64,000 nt of DNA, taken from the NCBI RefSeq assembly GCF_963853765.1, contig NC_088857.1, positions 6,882,001-6,946,000 of the forward strand, in the 5' to 3' direction. Position 1 is the first letter of the stretch, and every line of letters starts with the position of its first letter. Both the position numbers and the translations under genes were made by a program. Of the stretch, positions 12,783-24,100 are shown piece by piece. The notes below the pieces were generated by a model. It was not told the origin of the DNA, made no database searches, and saw nothing but the letters and a program-made list of their open reading frames with translations. The stretch is from Magallana gigas. Its lineage: Eukaryota.

Positions 12783-13000
12783 TGTTACACGTGTCTGCAT
12801 AATCTAATTAGACATAATAAATCTTAACCCCACCCTCTTACAAATAACCAACCGCCCACTTCAATTCCAATGAAAATCGATCCCATATCCCATGAGATCT
12901 TCTGACACGGATAACGTCCGAGAGGTTCCGGTCTACTTGACAAGAATTTGTTTGTTTGTGTATTTGTCTGGGTGTGATGGATAGGTACTTCAGGTGCAAA
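12783..13000 (-). pseudogene. Possible decayed stalk plus transmembrane exon
   Basis: After a ttgag acceptor the frame reads FAPEVPIHHTQTNTQTNK...GSIFIGIEVGGWLFVRGWG*DLLCLIRLCRH. The segment is locally GC-richer than its flanks. Confidence 0.3.
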
Positions 13001-14450
13001 CTCAATATAAAAACAAAGTTATAGCATTTTAGAACAGCTACTGCAAAAAACTTGTTCGCCGGAACCCTATAAGCTACATGCACGTCTATGACTTACACAG
13101 TCAACTATATGTGGGCCTAGCAGGAAGGTGGTTAATTAAACAGCAAGAATCGGTTAACGCAACATGCATGCACCGATTTTCTAAAATCATTCTAAAGGTT
13201 ATTTGTTCGATTATAAATGCATAGTAGTACATTTGAAAAAATTAGGAAACAAAAGCACTTACATGTTCAACAGTAAGGGTTATCCATTTATCTATATAAA
13301 CATCCAGAGAGAAAAACCCATAAAATTTTCCCAAATGGGAATTCCCAAACATATATAACGCTAGCTGTAGTTAATATCTCTGTGCGCGGCCGTTCAAATG
13401 CTTTAAAGTCGTTAATTGAAAACATAAGTGTATTGTGTTTGCTTGATTAATAGTTAGAAGTTAGAAGGTATCAACCTAATATATTTTTATATATATTTGA
13501 AATATAAAAAGGGGGGGGGTCTGGTTTACGAGGTCACAAAATTAGGTCAGATTGTCAATTTATGAAAAAATGTTCAGAGTCATCTATTAGTACAATTTGT
13601 GTAAAATTTGTATGATATGTATAAATTAACGGAGTGAAAAATATAATGATATTTATAACGCGGAACTGTAGGGGGGGGGGGGGGGGGAGGGGGGTTGTGC
13701 ATATGAATATTTTCAATTAACAACATTTTTGTAAACTAAACTAAGTACGAATATAATTGTAAGTGGGATTATTAATTATAGCACATGACAAATTAATATC
13801 GTCGAAATGATTCGCTGATGACTCGGGAAGTTCACATGAATTTACGTGAACGGCAGTTAAAAATCTTGATAACATGATTGAATATGCAAATACAGCTTTT
13901 TTGGCAAGGTTAAACCAACAAAGTAAGTTTACTCTATCAGCGTTCTTTATAACTCATGAATGCATGAGATTAGCACTGAGGTAAAAATAGCTTTAACTCA
14001 AACCCCCTACCCAAAATTCAGGCGCAAATTATGTAAAAGAAAAATAAATTTTACCTTTTGCTCTTGTATAGCTACTTGAATCTAGATATTATGACCAAAA
14101 ACCTTGAACAATCAATTTGTATGCAAACGTGTCTTAAAAATAGACATGACGAATAAACGTAACCAGCGCATTTCAACATGGCATCATAAGGCACGATGTA
14201 GTTAACTGGGAATGTACTAAGTATTTCAAAACGACTTAAAAGGCAATATAGGAAACAACTGCTTTGAAAAGATTCGATGCAGGGTTGGGGTGTTTTAGTG
14301 GTAAACATGGGTCTCAACTATTATAAATACAAATGTGAATGCTGACATTTTTACTTCTTGAAGCGCGAAGAATTTGAGAATAATTTTCTAAAACTGAATG
14401 TTTTTTGAAAAACAAATCAATGTGAGACTTTCTACCGTAACCAAAACATG

Positions 14451-14454
<4 letters not shown>

Positions 14455-14506
<52 letters not shown>
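14455..14506. repeat. (TC)26 microsatellite
   Basis: Read directly from the sequence. Confidence 0.95.
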
Positions 14507-14510
<4 letters not shown>

Positions 14511-14559
14511 ATTTTTCCGTTCTACCCCAACAATCAAAAATTGTTTTTGAGTAGAAGGC

Positions 14560-16574
14560 AAAAATAAAGGGGCATATCCGAAACCAAAACTTCACCAAAA
14601 GTAACACTTCGCCCGATCATATATTTCCTTATCGGTTTTGACCCAATTTTCTCTTAATCTCCTTGACCTTAATTCAACCTGATTTGTGTCTGCGATAGAA
14701 TTATTTTTTCAATACGATTTGTAGCCGAAGCTCTGACTTGTTTAAAATCATGTACTGAACTAATCCCAATGCTTAGAAAATGTTACACTTACTACGAAAG
14801 TAACGCTCTATCACGTGACGAAGTGGATTTTTTTTAATGAATGAATCTCTTTCTTGTTGTTTGTTGTTATTTGATTGGCGGGAAAAAGCCTCACATGTTC
14901 AACGTTTATATCAAGAGGGCTCTCAAATGTCAAAATTACCGTATATCTGAAACATAAAAAGAACACTTATAGCTTAATCAATTCAAGACGTTGATAATTA
15001 TTATTAAATTGAGTTTCAATTTAAAATCAATTCATTTTTCCCTCTATTCCTCCTTGTGAAGGACATCTTTCGATGACTACATGCCAAGATTTCGTACTAG
15101 TCACACCAAACGGATTCAATGGCAACAAATGGAGGGGAACATACTTTAATTTTTTTTTTTTCGTTTGTCAAAATGGATTTTGATTTAATTGTCAGATTTT
15201 ACGCACCATAATCTACAATCGTCCCCATTAAGCAGATCACTAGTCAAACAGATAGAGAACACCTTACACCACGTGTGTAGTGCTTTAAACGCAGTGCATT
15301 TGTACTTAATTAGTACTAATGTATGTAGGTAATCACGATTTCTGTATACTTAAGAGCAATGAAGACAAATTTCGTTAAAATTGTACAAAACTTACAAAGT
15401 TGTACGAAACAGTGTTTAACACTCAAGTGAAAATCAAATATAGTTGAATATGAGTGTCAAGGTCTCAATTTATTTTATGTAAAAAATGGGCTGTAGATAG
15501 AAACATGTACGAGTATTTGATGATTTTAATGAAACTATTATATACAGTTTATATATACAGTGGTCCTCGCTTTGGATACTAGTAGTCCAATATATACGTC
15601 TTTTACTTCAAATTATTTACATTTAATTTAGACTGAAATTTCACCGGAGTTTTGGAATAAAAATAATGTTGATGTAATTTTTCATGTACCAATAATTTAC
15701 AATATTTTAATTTTTTAAGTCGTCACTTTGTAATGCGTATGATAATATTGTCGCACTCAAAAACATGTTGTTTACTACCCTTTGTCTACTGCTGGGTGTG
15801 TAAAGCTTTCCCAAAATCTAAATTTGTTTTACAAGAGACGCAATACAGTTTGTAGTTATCTGTAAGTCGGCCATAATCATTGACCCTTGTAAATCCTTTT
15901 ATTGACGACAGCTAGCTATCTTTCTTTTGTACAGGATGGTTTTGTAGCTATTTTTAGAAGCTGCTAGAAATTCTGCTAATGTAAGATTTTTTATATTGCG
16001 TTTCGCAAGACAATCCTAGAATGGTGTTAATTGTTTAAGTGACCTACATGCATAATTAATAATGACTGAATGATATAACCTAATACTACTATAATAGACA
16101 GCACCACCACCCATCATTAATTTCTTAAAGTAATTAATAAAGCATTAATTTCCTCCTCATTGTATAGAAATACCGAACCACTAAATGTGACAAGCCTTTT
16201 CCTTGTTTACAGTTTTGTCACAAGGATGTAAAAAAGTCGCACCCACAAAAGCTTCCATTAACAGTAACAAGAATGTTGGATCTTACTTGATGTATGCATA
16301 AAAGCTAACTCTCAGAGCCTGTGTGTTTACCACAATGCTTACTGACCTTCTCGAGGACCGTATGGCCCGGTTTTGTCGCATTCGGATATTTGTAGATACA
16401 TTTATATTACGATGAACGTTTTCAGGGAACGAAAATTTGTAGTGTTTTCTATCATGTTAATGATATTTCATTTTCTGCAGTGTCGGTACTATGTTTAGAA
16501 CGATTTTACAAAATCATTTTATAGGGAATGTTGTCATTGGTTGATACCTTGTTTCTGTTATAATAAGATAATTT
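14560..16574 (-). pseudogene. Compact, most divergent module (exons F 16347-16574, D ~15790-15905, C ~15050-15143, B 14854-14946, A' with FWFR at 14578-14589)
   Basis: Same block order as the modules at 27.6-29.4 kb. The donors of exons C and B are both GT>GA. Confidence 0.6.
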
Positions 16575-17347
16575 CTGAAATTTGTGTGACACAAAATTTT
16601 GTTAACGTGTATATATATTTATTCATATGTTTTGATATAAAAATAATAATCAACTAGACGTTAGATGCCAAAGAATACTTTTAACAGATATTTAACTTAC
16701 TGATTAAGATACATGTGTCATATTAATGAGCAATTATGTTTATCAGATAAATTGGATGCATGGATATTTGATTTTTAAGAATTCCTTCTAAAAAGACCCC
16801 CTGGAGACAGGTACATATGACGTCATCAAAGGAGGCAGGAACCTCAAACTTCGGTGACTGCAAAGGAATGTTGTTATCAGTGTAAACTCAGAATATTATT
16901 GGTTTCTTAAAAGGCCTGTTATAGGTCAACACAATCGTTTCGGTTTTCAAACTTTTTTCTCATGGTCATAAACAATTTTAATAAATAAAAATCGGAATGA
17001 TAAAATGTCCTTATAAATCATACAATGAACATGAATATGATAACAGTTGCTATATTAGGTATGAAAGATTTGAAATAAACAATGAAACTTTTATTTCTCA
17101 GTAGATCTTATATTTGTTAAAGTATCAAATTTAAAAAAAAAAAAAACCAAACAAAATAACTATCTTTCAAAGAAAACGGCGAATCCTACAAAGGAATGAA
17201 ATCAAAGGTCGATTTTCTCACATTTTAATTGTTAACATATTTTGATTGATCAACATAAGCCATCTTTATTGCCTTTGCTCTCTATCACCAGTAAACAGAT
17301 TTTAAAAATTCAAATATTTCGTAGGAAAAGACATTTTCAAATGTTAA

Positions 17348-17614
17348 TAAGGCCTAAAAAAAAATAGTTTGTTTAGGGTAACACTGATGAAAAAAATTGG
17401 TTAGGTAGGTGGGGATTTTTTTTTATTTTATCTATTTGTTTTGCCTGAATCCTAAGAATGTTTGTTTGTTTCATATTTAAAAACGTATTTTTTATTGGAA
17501 ATAAGATAAAATTCACAGTCGGATAAAATCAGGCATCTAAAAATGGTAGGATCGGGCCATTTTTGTAGGTTAGGTCGGGTTACCCGAAACACACAACTTT
17601 TTTTTCAGGCCTAA
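17348..17614. mobile_element. MITE of ~267 bp with ~35-bp imperfect terminal inverted repeats (TAGGCCT-A8...GGGTAAC)
   Basis: Left end taaggcctaaaaaaaaatagtttgtttagggtaac; reverse complement of the right end ttaggcctgaaaaaaaagttgtgtgtttcgggtaac. It interrupts homology with the paralog at ~30027. Confidence 0.8.
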
Positions 17615-17732
17615 GCACGGAACAGTTGTAAAATTAAATTTATAGATAAAGGGTATTAACCGAAACCAAAACTAGGAGGGTAAACTTAGTACAAATAGTA
17701 GTTCCTTATTGGTTGTGACCTCCGTTTCTCTC

Positions 17733-20700
17733 TTTTCCGTGACCTCAATATTCCCTGATCCATAACTGTCGACCACTCATATCTTTAAGTAGTTATATTC
17801 AACGACCTAATATATAAATTTAATTTTTAAAGAATACCCCAAATTAACCTAAAACAGATTATTGTATATTCTTAAAATGTTTTTTGTCCCCATTTTATGG
17901 ATACGGAAAATAGTATTGGTCAGCTGCTATAGTTTAATATGTCACATGATCTACTACTGATGATTTTCTGTGAATGAATCTCTAACTTGTTGACCTTGCG
18001 ATGATTTTTTTGTTTGATTGGAGAGAAACCTCACACGAAACACATTTAAATCAAGAGGGTTATCAGTCGATGAACTGTATGTTAATAATGAATAGAATAC
18101 TTTATCATATCAGGATGTTGTTGAATATGTCATCTAAGGGGAATTTCTGAATAAGATTAAATCTTTAATCATTTTTATGTACAGTGATTTTATCTTTATC
18201 AATGACACCATACGATGAATGCAAACAGTCAAGCAAATTCCGTAAAACTTACAACTATGGACATACGTTTTTCAACATTTAAACTCACTCATTTCAACTT
18301 AATTTCTTCCCTCAATGATCGGAAACAGGGGATTTTTCAAAATTTGCTTAGATATATAATTCTTAAAAAAATTATCCTTTACACAATGCAATAACGATAG
18401 ATTTTTTTTTATTTTGCAAAATATTGTCACTCTTAATGCTTTTTTAAATATCAGTATGACATTTATGTACAAAAGGATATCTATAGTCTTTAAATGTTAA
18501 TAGCGTCACAGGATTAACTTTTTATTTTGAATGTTTTGAAAAACATGTAGAAATGGCACATACACGCTATCACTTCCTGTTCGATGGTCGTGATAAACGA
18601 CCCATATTTGACCATTTTATCAAAATATCTTTTTTTATTATCATATATATCGTTTTGTTGCGCTTTTAGTTCAATTCATAATTTGTCGAAAAGTTTTTGA
18701 TAACACATTTTACACGTTGTTTGGAATGACCCACCAAAGTGAATGAATGAATGACAAAAGTTCTATTACATATAACTACCTCTTAAAAGGCCACTAATTT
18801 CTCATGAAGTTTTACTTTTTCTACTGGAAGACGTTTGACACATAATTGTATGTTGAAATATATTGAAAAAACAACAACTTTTGTGTTCAATTCTCCATTA
18901 TGTTTATCATATACATGAATGTTAACACATTGATTTATTTGATACTGCTTACACACTGCTTATACATTTGGTGCATTTGAATTGACCTTTTTTCTCTAGG
19001 TATAGATTGACTGATAAATGAACAGTGCTAGAGAATGCAAGGACGTGGATGTAATTTCAGATAAAAAGTAAAAGAATCAACGAACCAGGAAGTTGTGTGT
19101 ATTTTATGAGTGATTAACTAGTATGAGCATGATACAACAGACGGATAAGAAGTTTCAAAATTTGAAATAGAAACCGTGAAAACGTACTGTCGCTAAAGTG
19201 GATAAAGGCCTTAAATTAAATGGGTTAAATGGGGGTGTGTCACCTATGATAGAAGCATAAATCTAGTAATTGAAAAATAATATGACCCCTATGGTTGTTG
19301 GTTACTATCGGTTAATAACAAAAGTTCCTGTAATGTTTTGCAGTGTCAATCTTTTTGAGAACGACCTTAAATTAAGTGTTTTTCTTGGAAAGTTTTTCGT
19401 TCCTGTTTATATGGTAACAAACATTTTCCTTTAATCAAATTTGCATTAATTTAAATGAAATAAAAAAAAAAATAAATAAAACATGTCTCGAAATGACAAT
19501 TTTGGAAAATCATACACTTGCACTGAACTTTGATCCTTTCATTGCATGAAAATGTCGAAAGGAAACAAATTTTACAAACATTTTTCAAACGTAACAATTT
19601 AGAGAATCATTTTCATTAAATGTAGTTTGACCATAAATCACTTACAGCTTATTATCTAATTGGCAGTATATTATTCATGGCCTCATCTATTATTGTAATA
19701 ACTTATTCTTTTGTAGTAATACGTGAATCTGCATCAACTTTTCATATTTGTTATTGTCTTTTTTTTTATTTGAACAAGACTTAACAAAACTTAAAAAATT
19801 CTAATACTTAATGTCGAAACCCGGATTTTGACAAATAGTTGTAACTGGTTTTATCAAAATATTTTAACTGGATTATTAAATTCACCTTCTTTGTACATTA
19901 GCAGTATTGGTACATCAATCTGTATTCAAACCATAAACCACATTTATGGCACACACTGTCAAAATATGTTGACAGAATTATTTTTTGAAAATCTTTCCCT
20001 TTTCACATTAATAATATTGTACATGTATCGTACACATATCTTGAAAAACTGTACGTTAAATATACAAGAAGTGCGTTTGTATCTTGTACTACATGTATCA
20101 CACATTCCACAAAAACAACCAGGATGTTGAATCATTTAAAACAATTTTAACAAGAGCTTGGACTTTGGGTGCTTGGTTTCAAGCAGCAATGCGACGTAGG
20201 CCTGTGTATTTCATTGTAGGCTACTCAGCCATTGCTTTTTTAAATGATCAAGATTTGTCTGGCTTTCGAGCTATAACTACGCAATCGGTTTATATTTCAC
20301 TCGAAACAAGCGTCATTTTTAACTTGTTTGACTTAAGAAATAATTAGTAACGTCCTACCGAAAGTCCAAGGCCTTGTTCTATGGTTCTATCTATACAAGG
20401 AACAAACATGTTCAGCAAGTAGAAAAGTGGCCATGGATAGCTGTACTAAAAGTGTTTTATCACATTTCACTGTTCAAATGAGATCATTCTGAATCCTGAA
20501 GTGTTTTTTGATTCTTACAAAATTGTTGATTCTCAGTTCGACTTTTCATTGGTATACGTTTTGTACTTTTAGTTTCAAATTTTTCATTGAAAAATCAATT
20601 GGGAAAATAGTGCAAAAATAAACTATATTATTAAAACAATCGTATAAAAAATCTTCATTTAAAAAGATGTTGTATGCTGGAGAAGCTGCTTCAGTAAATG

Positions 20701-20790
20701 CGACTATTCCTAGCAAATACTACTTTATCTGATACTGTTTTTCTACGTTAACTATTGGTCCAATATTTTGCTATTAATGAATCAAATGAT
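17733..20790. repeat. Duplication unit X1 (paralog of X2, offset 3248 at the left end)
   Basis: Anchor ttttccgtgacctcaatattccctgatcc at 17733 and 20981; colinear blocks continue to about 20780/24090. Confidence 0.9.
20149..20378. mobile_element. 230-bp inverted-repeat element inserted in X1 only
   Basis: aacaagagcttggactttggg versus the reverse complement of the right end, aacaaggccttggactttcgg (18/21). It is absent at the homologous site in X2 (~23620). Confidence 0.7.
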
Positions 20791-20980
20791 TTTTCAATTA
20801 CATCTTACACCATTTCAAATACCTTATGACATAATTAAATTGAGTGAATTATGAAATATACTCTGAATCAGGATAATGATATATGACTTTTGTGAAACAA
20901 ATCACCCTAAACTACATCATATGTCGTTTTAATAAATATCAAATACATTTGCTGCTTCAAAAGTTTAACATATATTACTT

Positions 20981-23900
20981 TTTTCCGTGACCTCAATATT
21001 CCCTGATCCATAACTGTCGACCACTCATATCTTTAAGTAATTATATTCAACGAACTGATATATAAATCAAATTTTTAAAGAATACCCCAAATTTACCTAA
21101 AATAGATTATCGTTTATTCTTAAAATGTTTTTTGTCCCCATTTTATGGATATGGAACACAGTATTGGTCAGCTGCTATAGTTTAATATGTCACATGATCT
21201 ACTACTGATGGTTTTCTGTGAATGAATCTCTAACTTGTTGACCTTGCGATGATTTTCTTGTTTGATTGGAGAGAAACCTCACATGAAACACATTTAAATC
21301 AAGAGGGTCATCAGTCGATGAACTGTATGTTAATATTGAATAGAATACTTTATCATATCAGGATGTTGTTGAATATGTCATCTAAGGGGAATTTCTAAAT
21401 AAAATTTATGTTTTTTGGTAACATTTTTTAAGGACAGTGATTTTATCTTTATCAGTGACACCATACAATGAATGCTGATAGTCACATTCATTTAATTGAT
21501 AACTATGGATATACGTTTTTCATTCAAACTCATTATTTATTTTTAAACCTTGAACTCAATTTTGTCCCTTAATTTTCTGAAACATTTGGGATTTTTCAAA
21601 ATTTGGTTGAATATATAGTTCTTTAATAAATTATAAATTATACCATGTAATAATGATAACGTTTTTTAATTTGCAAATTATTGGCACTCTTTGTCACTTT
21701 TTAATTTCAGTTTAATATTTGTGTACAGAAGGACATCTATAGTTCTATAAATGTTAATATTGTCACAGGATAAATTTTTTGTTATGAGTTTTTTGAAATA
21801 CTGTAAATTCCTTATTTTACACGAGTAATTAATTCCGCATTTCCGATGTTTTGCATCAAATCGCGAGAATATGAAATCACGAGCACCATTTTTTGATAAT
21901 GGTTTCATATAGCTCAAAACTCGCTGAAAAATAAAAGCGATATCTTAAAATCAGCGAGGACTGCTTCTCGCGTTTTACGCGTGAATTAATTCCTAGCGTT
22001 TAATTAGGAATTTAAAGTACATGTAGAAATTGCACATTCACGTTATCACTTCCTGTTTGACGGTCGTGATTAGCGACCTATATTTGCCCATTTTTCAAAA
22101 TATCTTTTTCTTCCTTTTCAAATTTATTGTTTCGTTGTGCTTTTTAATTTACTTTAATTCATAATTTGTCTTGAGATTTTGCTCACACTTATTTACATTT
22201 GTTCGAAATGACCCACCAAAGTGAATGGATACACTAAGTTCTATGACATGTTACTATATCTTAAAACGCCACTAATTTATAATGAATTTCGTTTTATTTC
22301 AGAACAGCTGTTTAACACATATAATAATATTTTTATAAATGTTTAGAAAAACTTTTCTTCTCATTCTCCATTATGTATATCTTGTACCTCCATGTTTACA
22401 CATTGATTTATTTGACACTGTTCAAAAATAAATTCTGTGAACGACATACATATGGTGCGTTTAAATTGTCTTTTTATAATAAAGTTTTGATGGACAATAA
22501 ATAAAACGTACCGATGAATACACGAATTTGGCTTCAATATCAGATATAAAGTTAAAGAATCAACCTACTAGGAAGTTCTGTGTATTCCATGAGTGGTTAA
22601 CTAGTATGAGCATGAATAAGTAGGTATTTACAAAATTTTAAATGGAAACCGTGAAAACACACCGTTGCTTAATCGGGAAGAAACTTTAAATAAAAAGGGG
22701 GCGTGGCAACAATGATATAAGCATGAAGTTGGTGATTGAAAAATAATATGACCCCTATGGTTGTTGGTTGCTATTGGTTAATGATAAAAGTTCCTGTAAT
22801 GTTTTGCAGTGTCAATCGTTCTAAGAACGACTTTAAATTAAGCGTTTTTCTTGGAAAGTTTTTCGTTCCTGTTTATTTGGTAACAAACATTTGCCTTTAA
22901 TCAAATTTGCATTAATTTATATGAAATAAAATAAATAAATAAATAAATAAATAAATTTTGGAAAACTATACACTTGTACCGAACTTTGATTCTTTTATCG
23001 CATGAATATGTCGAAAGGAAACGAATATTTTACAAACATAACATATTACAAATATAACAATTTAGATAATCATTATCATTAAATGAGGTTTGCGAAACAT
23101 AACTACAGCTGATTATCTAATTGTCGATAGATTATTTATGGCCTCATTTTTTATTGTAATAATTTCCTTTTTTGTAATAATACGCGATTTTGCATCAACT
23201 TTTCTTATTTGGACAAGACTTTAAATGACTTAAAGAATTCCCATACTTAACGTCTAAACCCCGATTTTGACAAATAGGTGTAACTAATTTTATCGATATA
23301 TTTTAACCGGATGATTAAATTTATCCTTTTTGTACATCAGCAGTATTGGTACATCTATCTGTTTTTAAAGCATAAACCCCATTGATGCGAATTTCGACAA
23401 AAAAATAGTACCTGGATCTGCCGAAATAAGTTGACTGAATTACATATTACCTGCATTATTTTAAAATCTTTTTTCCACATTAATAATATTGTTTATGCAT
23501 CTTGAAGAACTGTACTTTTAATATACAAGAAGTGCGTTTGTATCTTGTACTTTTACATATTACACATATATAACCAGGTAATAAAAGATAAAAAAAAATT
23601 AACCAGGATGTTGGTTCATTTAATTATGCAAGGAACAAAACTGTTCAGCAACTAGAACAGTGGTCAGAGTTAGCTGTACTAAAAGAGTTTTATCTTGATA
23701 ACAGCCTTTTAATGTAAAATTGTGCTTAAATGGAACATTTCATTTCACCGTTAAGAATGATTTCATTCTATTTACACTTCTCACAGTGGATAAAAATCTT
23801 TAATGCTAACCCTAAAGCGTTTTATTGCTTTTTATAAAAATGTTTATTTTCAGTTCGATTTTCATTACGTTTTGTACTTTAAGTCTCCAAATTTGCATAA

Positions 23901-24100
23901 AAATCCAATCTATAAAAATAACACAAAAATAATTATTAATATTAAGACAATCTTAAGCTTCATATTTGAAATGATATTTTTTACTGAAGAAGCCACGTCA
24001 GTAAATACGAGCACGACTATCAAATACTACTATATCTACTACTGATTTAGTTGATTAACGCTGCTAGGTTCAGTATTGGGCTATTAAAGAATATTAAGTG
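20981..24100. repeat. Duplication unit X2
   Basis: Colinear with X1; it continues into the exon-D region at ~24590. Confidence 0.9.
21799..22019. mobile_element. TA-flanked MITE (Tc1/mariner-like, TACTGTAAATTCC termini), in X2 only
   Basis: tactgtaaattccttattttacacgagtaattaattc versus the reverse complement of the right end, tactttaaattcctaattaaacgctaggaattaattc. The homologous X1 site at ~18543 is empty. Confidence 0.8.

Noticed and set aside
16380-16530. Plus-strand resemblance to the innexin motif (IPTNVFRERNF) and GPCR TM3 (LCLERF)
   Set aside because: Key cysteine spacing is wrong, the two hits use different frames, and all conserved splice signals are on the minus strand.
14578-17720. 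ccgaaaccaaaac, AGGTCA, CCAAT and E2F-like motifs as a conserved interferon-responsive promoter
   Set aside because: They are better explained as coding residues of exons A' and B (FWFR, IEV, VTTNKE), which lie in a long minus-strand frame behind a splice acceptor.
14870-18074. In-frame TGA codons in exon B read as selenocysteines
   Set aside because: They occur in the frame that does not fit the intron phases; other copies have TAA/TAG, and no SECIS was seen.
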